A stretch of DNA of 64,000 nucleotides, taken from assembly GCA_020184695.1 (NCBI GenBank), contig JAANOX010000128.1:1-64000 (forward strand), given 5' to 3'. The DNA comes from Histomonas meleagridis 2922-C6/04-290x. Lineage: Eukaryota; Protista; Parabasalia. The translations under genes were made by a program, and so were the position numbers. Shown in pieces: positions 43,918-55,294 of this stretch. Position 1 is the stretch's first letter. Every line of letters begins with the position of its first letter. The notes under the pieces were generated by a model. That model was not told the DNA's origin. It did not search any database and was given only the letters and a program-made list of their open reading frames with translations.

Positions 43918-44464
43918 GGAAATCTTGTCACTTTTAACTTTGGTCAATGGGTGGGGCTGAATCCGACCAAATATTTATTGAAAAATAAATTAAATAAAAT
44001 AAACGTTCTCTTTATAACATTAAATAGGACAATTTATGTGTGAACAAAATCATTGACAAGGAATCTAGTGGACATATTACTAATTTTGACATGCATTTTA
44101 TTATCAATGTTTAACTATTTAACGAATTTATGATAATATCTTTGGATTATGCCAAAATATTTTTATAAGACATAAAATTCAATATTATCTACTTGAATAT
44201 ATTAATGTAATTAGATTTAAAAAGTATTTATCCGAAATAATGAAAAATCAGAAAAGGATTTGTTTTCATCCTCTCTTTTAATCTGATCGAGATCTCAAAA
44301 TTCAGCAGTCAAAATTGCCTAAAAATTTATATTTAAACTCAATACCCGAAGTTCCCCATATACTTTGATTTTTAACAAAAAATTATTGAGGAATTTAGAG
44401 TTGAAGTACCTCTCGAATTCCCAAAAAATTTTCAATCATATGGTTATATGTAAACTATACAAAT

Positions 44465-45902
44465 TCAGTATTGAAAATTGTTAGTTGAAATGCTTCTTGG
44501 CTTTCGCTCGTGCAGTGTTTTAGGCGTGAGTGATATGTCACTGACGTACACCATTCCCCATACAAGAAATGCTTCAAACGATAAACTATTTTCATCAATA
44601 TCTTCAATTCTTATTAATACCAAAAAAGCATTGTGGATTTCAACTACATACCAGCGAAACCCTTGTATATTATTACATAATTTTTTAATAATTTTCCTCA
44701 CTTTTTTTGTTACTAAATTATTATTCAACAAAATAAAACACATATCAATTAATTTATTTAATAAATTAATAAAACCTAATAAAACAATGAAAAATAAATT
44801 TCTTCCTCTAATTTTCATTATTTTTTTCATTCATACAACAGAAACATTTTCTACTGAAACATCTTTATGTTACTTAAAACCCATCTAAAAACTAATAATT
44901 TAATCCTGATTAGCTTCAAATAGAAAAAAAAACTCTAATTCAGATGAAATTAAACACAGTTTATAACATAAGATGCTGAATGTATTTAATATTGAAAATA
45001 TATATTTATAATTATTCATCATTTTCTTTATTGCTATAAGTGCACTTATTAGTCCAGATCTTCCCAATTTTGATAATATCTTTCCAACCACATCAGGAGT
45101 GATGAAAATTCCTTGATTTTCAAATTCCTCCAAAATTTCATCAACCGATGAAGAATGATATACTTTCTTTCCCAATTCTTTCCATTGATTTTCTTAGCTA
45201 TTTCATTAATAGATGCATCGAACTCTGTCATTTCTAATTCACCTGTTTTTATCATTTCGTCTTCTTCGTACCTTAGAAAGAAATCGTACAAAAGAGCTTA
45301 ATGATATTGGGCCACCATATCTTTCTATTAAGTAATCTAATTAATCTAATTCGTCATACGGAACAATAATTTTACATTCACGTGAATGTAATCCATCTCT
45401 AAAATCTTCTGTATCTAAAGCATTTTTCTGTACACCTCTCCACTTTTGATAATAATATTTGTTTCCCATCGAAGAACTGAAAACATGATTCGAAATTTCA
45501 ACCATTAAATCTTCGGGTGAAAGATTTTTGATTCTTTTGGCATATGTAATATCATCTGCGCATAGTCGAGAAATATAATCAGAATTTGGTCGTGTGTTTG
45601 AACGATAATTTATAGGTTGTTTGGGGACTACGTGGTGGTACTTGACGCGAATGAGTTTGACTATGTGTTTGATTTGTGAAGCGTTTTGGATAACGTTCAT
45701 CACTTTCTGGTGAATATGTAGCAGCATCTAATAAATCATCATCAATGCCACAAGTGTTTTTCTCACGTTTGACAGATCGGGGCTTTTCTATAAGTTCCTC
45801 TTCTTCCATTTCATGGTAGTTTGGAAATGTTAGCATCATAATTTTAGTAATGACGAGGTGTTTAAAGATGTGCATTATCAGACATAAAGATAAGATACTC
45901 AA
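44465..45902 (-). pseudogene. Multiply frameshifted coding relic with an HTH-like fragment; possible decayed DNA transposon
   Basis: Five short, partly overlapping minus-strand ORFs in different frames; fragment SVDEILEEFENQGIFITPDVVGKILSKLG resembles transposase HTH segments. Confidence 0.35.
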
Positions 45903-45961
45903 AGCGTTCTGGAGTTAATTCATATTTTGGTATAAGTGAATCTATTTCATCGATTGAAGTA

Positions 45962-46025
45962 GGCTTGTCGAAAAATGCCCATTTTATATGCCCATGCCCT
46001 GCCCAAGGGCATTTTTAGGCAAACC
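45962..46025. repeat. 19-bp imperfect inverted repeat (10-bp perfect core AAAAATGCCC/GGGCATTTTT) with TGCCC repeats in the spacer
   Basis: 45962-45980 versus the reverse complement of 46007-46025: 16/19 matches by manual alignment. Confidence 0.8.
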
Positions 46026-46585
46026 AATTTGTAAAGGCTAGACAATTTTTGGTTAAAAAACCTTTATGAGATCACATTCTATTGGAAATCGTGTTACTAT
46101 AACACTGAAGAAATAAAACCAAGATTAATATGATATTAATTTTGAGATTTATTTCTTAAAATTTTACCAGCAGTTGAGCGACTACATGAAATGCTTTACC
46201 GTATATTTCATAAGTGAATAAAATAATGGGGAAAAAACCAAAAAAATTAAATAATGCGATATTTATATTTTTTATATACCAATACTAAGTGAGGGCATTA
46301 GGTTAACCATTGTGTTGTAGTTATGTAGATGATGTTTCCCAAGATAAGTATCAAATTAATTTCAAATAAACCAACTAATAACGAAATGGTTTAGAAAAAA
46401 TGTCGGATATTACAAGAGTATCCTAGAAAATCACGAAATTTTTGAAAGGACATCCAACAGTTAGAACGAATTTGTATGTAAATTGAATCACTCCTGAAAA
46501 AGTTTAGTCAAATTTGTCATTGTAAAAGCGCCAAAAAAGTAAACGATCATTTACCTATCAATATCTGTTTGAATTCAAATTTCTG

Positions 46586-49500
46586 ATGAGCATTGAGAAG
46601 TCACTTCTAGAGAAATTCGCTCCAGACGTAAATTTCAACGTTGAACAACCATTAATAGCTCAATCAGTAATGATGGGGACAAAGAAGCCAAAAGACTCTG
46701 CATATTTTCTTGTCACAGATGTTGCATTTTATTTTCGAGTTGAAAACTCATCATCTTCAACACGGTACTCTTGGTCTTCTTTAAGAAAGGTTGGCCTTCA
46801 TGGAAATAAATTAAAATTTTCATTTGATAAAAAAACGAAAATTATTGTACTTCATCCTGAAGCCCAAATCATGAACACAGTCCTTGAATTTCACGCTTGT
46901 TGTTTTTGCTTTCCAAGTGAACTACCAAAATTCGAATCTTCAGCTGGCATTGATACTTCAAAGATCTCAATTACACCAAGTTTACGATTTTTAATCGAAA
47001 CTGACAAGAAGAATATTAAGATTGATAATCAAGAGCTTGATAAACTTCGTGAATTTCTAAATAGTGATCAAACAGATATTCATTTGAAAGATTTTCCACA
47101 AATCCAAAGTTATTTCGATGTCTTCATTGAATGTGTTCAATTAAAGGAAAAGCCAAGAACACTTTATGTTGATATTCCAGTTGATGATTCAGTTATCAAA
47201 TTATTATTATCATTATTAAAAGCCAACAAAACCATTCAAAAAATAGCATTTACACAAGAAATCAAAACGCCCTTTGATCCTATTGCACAAGCATTTGCAC
47301 AATGTCCACCAATTTCTGCAATTTCATTTAATAATATAAAATTCTCACCTCAAGTTGCCACCAGTATTTGTGACTTATTATCATCCAAGCCAATTAATTC
47401 TATTGAGATCATCAAATGTTTCAACAATCAACAAGCAATTGAATTCATCAATGCTATCAAATGTTCTAATTTTTCACAACATATCAAATACCTTGATCTT
47501 AGTTACACACCAGTTCCTTTGGATATTTTATTCACCACATTTATCACAATTGAACGATTAATTCTTGTATCATGTGAACTTCAAATTCCCGGTGTTTTTA
47601 GACATATTGATGCAAACCAACTTGAAAGCCTTGAGTATTTAGATCTTTCAGGTAATGCAGCAGATGAACCACTTGGTAATAAGATTCCAGATTTACCAAG
47701 TTATGTTCAAACACTCAAACTTGAAAATGTCGCATGGTCTACTCCATGTTTTTGTGAGATTTTTACTTCTATTGTGAAACATGCTTCTATCAATGAGTTT
47801 TCTGTTTCTTTTGCAAACCCAACAAACCACATCACGATAGAAGCCGTTAAGTCACCAGTGAAGTCATTTGGCAGGTCAAATATTGCTGTTTTAAATTGGA
47901 GTGGAATTGATATCTTCCCAGAACTATTAGAATTCATTTATAATCAAGAATCTCTTAAAGAACTTTATTTTGATGGATCCAAATTTGAAAGTGGTGATCT
48001 TACATTTGACCTTTTCCTCTTTCTATTAAAAATCACATCTAACATCAAATATTTATCATTAGGTGCAACAGAAGAATCTAAACTTAATGCTTCTCAACTT
48101 GATGCATTAATCGATTCAATCAGAGAAAACAAAAGTTTGGTTGGATTTTCATTAAAAGGACAAAACCTGACTGATGATAACCTTATTAAGCTTTCTAAAG
48201 CATTAATGGCCAATCGACGAATTACCAAATTTGATTTTGATTTCTTAAGTATCAACAATGCGCAAACATTCATCAGTTTTCTCACAGCGTTACATGGCAG
48301 AGGTATTAAACTTCAAATGACAACGCCTAAAGAAGTATTAAAGCAATGTCAAAACTTTAACTCAAAAGAAACCGAAATAATAAAAATCCAAAACTTATTC
48401 CAACAACTTCAAACAACAAATTCGTCCATAGTTCCGCCAACTGAATCTGTTGCATTTAATCAAGCGGATGATGAACAAAAGACGAATCTTATTAAGTTAT
48501 TTAATAAATCAAACAAGAAAACAGACAAAAAGAACACATCAGAAACAAATATTAATTCCCAAAACATTTATCCTTCTGATAACACACCATTATATAGCTC
48601 GCCAATACATTCTACAAGTGATAATCAGTCATCTTTCGGCGATAATGTTTCTCCACATTCGCCATTGACGCCAATATCTTCTGCTGCTTCAACGCCTCCA
48701 CTAAGCGGGGGTATCAATGACCCAGTGCCGCCGCCGCAAATAACTTCATTGTCATCAGCTTCAATTACACCACAGTCGAGCGGAAACTTAAATGACGTAG
48801 TGCCGCCGCCGCCAATAACTCCAATAGCGCCGCCATCAAGTGGAGGAATGCATGACCCAGTGCCTCCGCCGCCAATAACACCATTGTCATCAGGTTCAAT
48901 AACACCGCAATCCAGCGGAAACTTAAACGATGTAGTGCCGCCGCCGCCAATCACTCCGCTGTCCCCATCAACGCCTCCAATTGCGCCAATAGCGCCATCA
49001 ACAATCACTCCGCAATCCAGCGGAAACTTAAACGACGTAGTGCCGCCGCCGCCAATAACACCTTTATCATCAGGAGCAATATCACCACCAATGAGCGGAG
49101 GAATGAATGACCCAGTGCCTCCGCCGCCAATCACTCTTTTATCATCCGGACCAATGACTCCGCCATCAAGCGGCGGATACAATCCAGTGCCGCCACCGCC
49201 AATCACTCCTCTCACTCCGAGCGCCCTTCCGCCTGGCGACATGGCCATCACACCTCCGCCGTCTCCTCGCCCGAGCCACACTCCTTCCACGTTCTCCATG
49301 AGCGCAGCGCCTGTTTCGCCTTCTGCCGGTGACGTGGTGCCGCCGCCTCCGATTACGCCGTTCACGCCGCAGCACCCAACGGCAGCGGATGTCGCGTATC
49401 CGATACCAACAATACCCACTCCGAGCCTCGACGCAGCGCCGCTGCACTCCACGTTCAACCCCGCGGCTGCCAGCGCGCAAATTGTGCTGCCGCAAATCGT

Positions 49501-49624
49501 ATTGCCGCCAATCAACACACAAAGCGGCCAGGCAAGCGCCGCCTACTCAATCGCCATGCCTGACCTCGGGCCACCGTCAGCACTGCCCGTCGGCTTTTCC
49601 ATACCACCGCCGCCTCCAACTTAG
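46586..49624 (+). CDS. CARMIL-like PH-like/LRR protein with a proline-rich repetitive tail
   Basis: RI-type LRRs (IKYLDLS, LEYLDLSGN, LVGFSLKGQNLTDD) and a C-terminal array of DVVPPPPITP repeats. Confidence 0.7.
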   Translation: MSIEKSLLEKFAPDVNFNVEQPLIAQSVMMGTKKPKDSAYFLVTDVAFYFRVENSSSSTRYSWSSLRKVGLHGNKLKFSFDKKTKIIVLHPEAQIMNTVLEFHACCFCFPSELPKFESSAGIDTSKISITPSLRFLIETDKKNIKIDNQELDKLREFLNSDQTDIHLKDFPQIQSYFDVFIECVQLKEKPRTLYVDIPVDDSVIKLLLSLLKANKTIQKIAFTQEIKTPFDPIAQAFAQCPPISAISFNNIKFSPQVATSICDLLSSKPINSIEIIKCFNNQQAIEFINAIKCSNFSQHIKYLDLSYTPVPLDILFTTFITIERLILVSCELQIPGVFRHIDANQLESLEYLDLSGNAADEPLGNKIPDLPSYVQTLKLENVAWSTPCFCEIFTSIVKHASINEFSVSFANPTNHITIEAVKSPVKSFGRSNIAVLNWSGIDIFPELLEFIYNQESLKELYFDGSKFESGDLTFDLFLFLLKITSNIKYLSLGATEESKLNASQLDALIDSIRENKSLVGFSLKGQNLTDDNLIKLSKALMANRRITKFDFDFLSINNAQTFISFLTALHGRGIKLQMTTPKEVLKQCQNFNSKETEIIKIQNLFQQLQTTNSSIVPPTESVAFNQADDEQKTNLIKLFNKSNKKTDKKNTSETNINSQNIYPSDNTPLYSSPIHSTSDNQSSFGDNVSPHSPLTPISSAASTPPLSGGINDPVPPPQITSLSSASITPQSSGNLNDVVPPPPITPIAPPSSGGMHDPVPPPPITPLSSGSITPQSSGNLNDVVPPPPITPLSPSTPPIAPIAPSTITPQSSGNLNDVVPPPPITPLSSGAISPPMSGGMNDPVPPPPITLLSSGPMTPPSSGGYNPVPPPPITPLTPSALPPGDMAITPPPSPRPSHTPSTFSMSAAPVSPSAGDVVPPPPITPFTPQHPTAADVAYPIPTIPTPSLDAAPLHSTFNPAAASAQIVLPQIVLPPINTQSGQASAAYSIAMPDLGPPSALPVGFSIPPPPPT
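48719..49360 (+). repeat. Eight coding [DN]-[VP]-V-PPP[PQ]-IT units
   Basis: Repeated GACGTAGTGCCGCCGCCGCCAAT / GACCCAGTGCCTCCGCCGCCAAT blocks. Confidence 0.9.
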
Positions 49625-49724
49625 GCGATAAGGTCTTAATTTAATAAAACAAATAAATTCGCAGTCATTTGCATATGTTTTGGTTCAAATGAGCTGCTGC
49701 GGCTCTGTCACTTTCGCATACTGT

Positions 49725-50036
49725 TTGCACTCACACGCATTATGAAATAGTGATTGCACTCACACACATTATGAAATAGTGATTGCACTCACACACATTA
49801 TGAAATAGTGATTGCACTCACACACATTATGAAATAGTGATTGCACTCACACGCATTATGAAATAGTGATTGCACTCACACGCATTATGAAATAGTGATT
49901 GCACTCACACACATTATGAAATAGTGATTGCACTCACACACATTATGAAATAGTGATTGCACTCACACGCATTATGAAATAGTGATTGCACTCACACACA
50001 TTATGAAATAGTGATTGCACTCACACACATTATGAA
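49725..50036. repeat. 29-bp minisatellite, about 11 copies, unit TTGCACTCACAC[A/G]CATTATGAAATAGTGA
   Basis: GCAC starts at 49727 + 29n up to 50017. There is one polymorphic site (G in copies 1, 5, 6, 9) and no spacers. Confidence 0.97.
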
Positions 50037-50997
50037 TAATGCATTCCAAGGTTGTAAAAATCTCGCATGCATATATTATTCTGGAGAAAGATCACCAAGT
50101 ATTGGAACAAATGCATTTTATGATATTAAAGCGAATACAGTAATGGTCACATCATCATACAGCGATAATTCATTTGGAGATCTTGAAGTTACAAATACAA
50201 TAATAGATGGATGTACCCCATTAACAACTGCAACATATTCACAATCAAATGCATTTACACAAACAAATATATATTCACAAACAAACACATTCACACAAAG
50301 TAATACATTCACTAAGTCAAATACATATTCACAATCAAATACATATTCACAATCAAATACATATTCATAATCAAATACATTTACTAAATCACATACATAT
50401 TCCCAAAGTAATACATTCACAAATTCATTTATATATTCTCAGAGTAATACATTCACTAAATCAAATACATATTATAATTCATTCACAGAAGCATCACAAG
50501 AAGGTTTAATTTTATCGCATTCTTATGTTCAAACATTTTCATGTTCAATTACAGAAACATATTTATTAATAACAAAGTCAACAAACACTATTATTATGTC
50601 GATGTTTAATTTGGAACACACATACATTAATACGATTATTTATTATGAATATGTAATTTTTGGGTATTCTTCTTATTATCAATTTTATACCGATTTTTAT
50701 ACGATAATAAATCAAAATGAACAAATAAATAATACGAATAATAACGATTATATCATTATTGGTGTAATTATTGGAATTGTTATAGTTTTAATTGTATTAT
50801 TTCTTGTTATTTATCTTATACGTAAATATAAATATAAAAACAAACGAAATATTTTTGAAGAAGAAGAAGAAGAAAAATATTCAGAAAAAGAACAAGAAAT
50901 TAATAATAATTTCGATTTTGGGATGAAAGTATCTAATATTGAAGAAGATCCTTTTGCAGTAGATTTTAACGAAGATAATCTTAATGTGCATATATAA
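50032..50997 (+). pseudogene. 5'-truncated BspA-like surface protein gene with a premature TAA
   Basis: Last LRR remnant (THIMNNAFQGCKNL), T[YF][ST][QK]SN hexapeptide stalk, TM helix and EEDPFAVDFNED tail. Track ORFs 50011-50370 and 50596-50997 are one frame, broken only by TAA at 50368 where the repeat predicts CAA. Confidence 0.85.
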
Positions 50998-51213
50998 ATA
51001 AAACATAAGTAAATATCTTTCAAATTAAAACTATTTTAAAAATATTTTCTAACTATATAATTGAACATATTGTTGAAATAATATGAATTAAATTGTAATC
51101 GACTTATGTCTTTAAAATCAGTTGCATAACTTGTTAAACTGAAGTAACTGAACTTGAAAATAACCAATTTCAATTAAAGATAATAAATATATATACAAAA
51201 AGATTTATTAAAA

Positions 51214-53229
51214 TTAATTTTGTTGATATGTAATTTCATGACCATATTCAAGCAAATGTGCAATTTTTTCATAGTTTCGTGTTTGAAATTCCTTATGGAA
51301 ATTCTTAATCAGTGAATTTCTTGCATTTCCTTTTCTCAATTCCACAAACTTTTTTATCAAATTATTAATCTTTTGATTTCCCACACCAAAGTTCTCTCTA
51401 TTTGTAATTCGTTTTAAATGTTCTCTATAAATTTCAGCATTTAATTTTTCGCAATCAACAACGCTGTCAAAAAGTGTCTGATATAAACCTATCGAATCCG
51501 CGTTCTCAATTCTGACTATCGTATCTTTCAATGATTCAATTAAACCGGCAATTTCCACTTTTTGAAGCGATTGTGTATCGTCTATTTCAATTTCCTTTTT
51601 GATTACGTCGATAACATTTTGTATTTCATTAGGGAAATAAGATCTACATTCAAACTCTTGAATTGAATATTGTTGGCAATATTCGTTCACAATTTTTCCT
51701 GCTGTTTCAACTTTGTCGCATTCGATTTTACATTTTTTCCCATCTGATGAGATCACAACTTTTTCACTTGTTCCTAATAATTGAAAACAATAATGAAACG
51801 AAGGGTTAACAGGTGTCGGAATCACAAAATTGGATGAAACAAACTCTAAAAAAGTATCATTTTCAGTTGTAAATTCGACAAAAAAATTTGGTTTCGCAGA
51901 TTTAATTACTTTGAAACCAAAAAAAATTTTGTGTTCGATTTGGAACGTAATATAATTTCCAGGAACAAAAACATCGATAATCATTTTCCCTAATGTATCA
52001 TCTGGAAAATTCAATAAAATGTTTTGTGTTGATGATACAGGAATATTCATTTCGAAAACAACGAAACTGTTTCCATTTTTAGTTGGACATTCAATGTTTG
52101 TGCCCAAAATTACAAATTCAGGTTTCGTATTTAGGCGTAATTCAATACAGCCTAAGTCTAACCTTTGTCCTAACCTGTATTCTATTACAGGAAGAACCGA
52201 ATTTGTGTTATTATTAGTTATTTCTTTACTGTGAAGTGAATTCGTTAATTCGAATTCGCGCATTAATAAGTCTGATTTCTCCTTAATTAATGCGGGTTGT
52301 GCTTTCGCTAGATCAAATTGTTGTTTGGCTTCACGCCCAAGTCCTTCAGTACGGTCAGGCATGAAAACACGAATTGATCCTGAAAAGCCAATTACAAGTA
52401 AACATTGATGACCATCCTTTAGAAAGTCAATCAGATGAAATCCGGAGTTTTTAATTCCGGAGTTATATGTTTTACTTATGGTTCCGGTTGTGGAATTGAT
52501 TAATGTGATGGTGCCATCTGTTGAAGCATATGAAATTTCGTTGGTGCTGAGTAAAAAATGGACACCAACAATTTCAGTATTTGATGTTATGCTCCAAACT
52601 TTTTCTGTTCCATTAATAAATAAAATTGTTCCATTGGTATGACAGATAAGATATGTATCTGGTTGATAAGACTTTAATATAGAGACAGGAAAATGTACTT
52701 TGCGCTCATGAATAGATTCTTCACCATCAAATATACGTATGCATAAGTCATTGGATGAAGAAAGAAGACATGGCTTGCCATGCCATTCAATTTCACACAT
52801 TGATGTAACAACATCACCACTAACTGTCCAAAAAATTTCTTCTCCACTAAATGTATATCCATAAATTGAACAATTACTACCAACATATATGTATTTGTTA
52901 TTAAAAATTGTAAGAGACGAAGCGCCATCGGGTATAATAACTGTAAAAATTGATGTATTTTGATAAATATCATATAATTGTAATGAATTATCTGTACCAA
53001 TAACTAAAACATCATTTCCATTATATTGTACAGGAATCATACATGTGATTTTATGATCAACTTTAAAATATGCTTTCGCTTTATCTGGTGGTTGGGTGCT
53101 ATCAAAAATACAAATTCTTTTAAAAGATGTAGCAAAAGCAAAACAATGACCTGAGCGCATGAACTCTCCAACAGCAGATAAATATATTATTGTATTTTCA
53201 TGTGTTTCATATTGCGCAATTGGAAACAT
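51214..53229 (-). CDS. BBS2: BBSome subunit BBS2
   Basis: VLVIGTDNSLQLYDI...GSNCSIYGY...EIFWTVSGDVVTSM...SNDLCIRIF matches the BBS2 beta-propeller. Confidence 0.88.
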   Translation of the reverse strand: MFPIAQYETHENTIIYLSAVGEFMRSGHCFAFATSFKRICIFDSTQPPDKAKAYFKVDHKITCMIPVQYNGNDVLVIGTDNSLQLYDIYQNTSIFTVIIPDGASSLTIFNNKYIYVGSNCSIYGYTFSGEEIFWTVSGDVVTSMCEIEWHGKPCLLSSSNDLCIRIFDGEESIHERKVHFPVSILKSYQPDTYLICHTNGTILFINGTEKVWSITSNTEIVGVHFLLSTNEISYASTDGTITLINSTTGTISKTYNSGIKNSGFHLIDFLKDGHQCLLVIGFSGSIRVFMPDRTEGLGREAKQQFDLAKAQPALIKEKSDLLMREFELTNSLHSKEITNNNTNSVLPVIEYRLGQRLDLGCIELRLNTKPEFVILGTNIECPTKNGNSFVVFEMNIPVSSTQNILLNFPDDTLGKMIIDVFVPGNYITFQIEHKIFFGFKVIKSAKPNFFVEFTTENDTFLEFVSSNFVIPTPVNPSFHYCFQLLGTSEKVVISSDGKKCKIECDKVETAGKIVNEYCQQYSIQEFECRSYFPNEIQNVIDVIKKEIEIDDTQSLQKVEIAGLIESLKDTIVRIENADSIGLYQTLFDSVVDCEKLNAEIYREHLKRITNRENFGVGNQKINNLIKKFVELRKGNARNSLIKNFHKEFQTRNYEKIAHLLEYGHEITYQQN

Positions 53230-54211
53230 TGCTCACTGTTTCATCAAAAACGTTAATTCTCACTTTTTATGAAGATAACGATCAAGATATATCTATCGGT
53301 ATTATCACTTTTTTTTCACAATAGATTGTATGCTGAAGATAATGAACACTAGCTTTGCTTATTAACACTGTTAATAAATGTTGTTACAACATTAACATGC
53401 TACCACATTTCATATAATAGAGATGTGGATATTTACGTATGAAAGTTTTTTATATTAAAGTCTAAGAAAGAAAAAATAAATTCGAATAATTTTATTAATA
53501 AATTTTTAACGATAAAAAATATATTCATATCATTGAGTTTATTTTTTTTCTAACGATGCTAATATTATACATTCTATTTTTCACAGATTCAGGAATAAAA
53601 ATTCCGTAAATTGAGTGTTTTTTGAAAATAGCAATATGAAACATAGAAATATATAATAGTTATTTATGAATTTAAAATTAAACTTCACATTTATTCCAAA
53701 TTTGATTGAGAATGAGCATTAAAGGAGGAATCCATACATAGAAAAAAATATGTTTATCGTAGTATTAAATAGTGTGACTAATTTACGATGTGTTACATAA
53801 TTTATTGCGAGATAAAGAAGTTGTTGAGAACCTCAAAATAAACATTTGAATATATGACCATTTATATCGAACTCAATTCGAAACACTTTGAAAATTTCAG
53901 AGTGGTGATGGGTTTGGGGTCATATATTCAATATGTTGATGTTTTTGAGCACACCATATTTAATTTTTGAATATCATACAAATTTACCCACAAACTGGGT
54001 TTGTTTCCAATTTTTATCTTCATATTTAGTGTGTTTATAATGTTCAATTTGTAAACTCCTTCTAGTACTAAGCAATAAATCGATTTTTTATTAATGATAT
54101 AAGATATCAATCATTTTTCTTATAAATCTTCCAATGTTTGGCAGCAAATAACCTTTTTTGACTTGACTTTTTTGTGAAATGCCGATAAAATTAAACGTTC
54201 TCTAATACAAA

Positions 54212-55294
54212 ATGACTGAGAATGGACCCTGGTTTCCTAAGTCCCTTCCCAATTATGTCTTCATTAACCAGATTAACACAGAGCCATTTAAGAATTTTTG
54301 GAAGGGTGTACACAACACAACCAAAAAAGAAGTACTGATTAGAGTAATTTTCAAAGATAAACTTAAAGATTCAAAGAATTTTTTAAATTTTGTAAACGAA
54401 ATATCATGCCTTAAGAAAGCAAAGCATGAACTATTTTCTAATATCCAAGATGTTATTGAAGAAAAATCAGAATATTATATTGTTTTTGATTTTCCAAAGC
54501 CTCTTAGTCTTCGAAACTACGTCACTAATTATGGCGCTTTTAGTGAAGAAAAAGCAAAATCATTAATTAATTCTTTTCTTTTAATTGCTGATCATTTAAT
54601 TACACTAAATATTTTTGATGTTTTCTTTTTAAATCCAGACACTATTTTCCTCAACCAGACAGGAGACATTATACAAATTTTTCCGTCAGCAATTCAAACA
54701 GTCATTTTTGAAAATGCAAGTAGTGTTTTCAATTATTTCATAGCTCCCGAAGAAACAAAAAATCAAAGCATGCCAACTGACACATCTACATTAGTTTGGC
54801 GACTTGGTGTTATGTTATATTATTTATTTACAGGAAACTTTCCATTCAGATCAAAATCGATTGAAAAACTTAAAACAAAAATTCTATCGAAAACCGTCGA
54901 AATTCCATCAAAATTGAGTGGGCCCATTCAAACAATTCTGGTCAAAATGTTCACAAAAAACCCATCGATGAGAATACAATTATGCGAAATTCAATCGTTC
55001 TTTTCGCAAATACCAATAAATGAAGATAAAAAGAAGGCCCCAATTGTTAGAGCTAGGACAAACATAGCATTGACTTCATCAAAGACAATTTCAAGATCGT
55101 CGATGAATTTAAGACCCGTCAGTATCACTCCAAGAAGGCAATTACAAAGTACCCTTGATCAAGGTACTTTGTTGAACTTGGAAAGGCCACAAGATATTGA
55201 AGATGAGGGTCAGAAAAGGAAGTCAAGAGCACTGTTTGCAAGCAGACCAAATATTTCGATGAAAAGACCAAGAAGCTCACTGAAGCTTAAGTGA
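54212..55294 (+). CDS. CAMK/AMPK-like pseudokinase
   Basis: Kinase fold cues (FVNEISCLK, FIAPEE, VWRLGVMLYYLFTGNFPF, MFTKNPSMRI), but the VAIK Lys is Arg and HRD/DFG are absent. Confidence 0.8.
   Translation: MTENGPWFPKSLPNYVFINQINTEPFKNFWKGVHNTTKKEVLIRVIFKDKLKDSKNFLNFVNEISCLKKAKHELFSNIQDVIEEKSEYYIVFDFPKPLSLRNYVTNYGAFSEEKAKSLINSFLLIADHLITLNIFDVFFLNPDTIFLNQTGDIIQIFPSAIQTVIFENASSVFNYFIAPEETKNQSMPTDTSTLVWRLGVMLYYLFTGNFPFRSKSIEKLKTKILSKTVEIPSKLSGPIQTILVKMFTKNPSMRIQLCEIQSFFSQIPINEDKKKAPIVRARTNIALTSSKTISRSSMNLRPVSITPRRQLQSTLDQGTLLNLERPQDIEDEGQKRKSRALFASRPNISMKRPRSSLKLK

Noticed and set aside
49725-50036. CRISPR array (29-bp repeat length)
   Set aside because: Units are directly head-to-tail with no unique spacers, the context is eukaryotic, and there are no cas genes.
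50368-50370. Genome-wide TAA/TAG = Gln recoding suggested by in-frame TAA in BspA and relics
   Set aside because: Many intact genes terminate at TAA/TAG, and very long AT-rich ORFs such as UBR4 contain no internal TAA, so the standard code applies.
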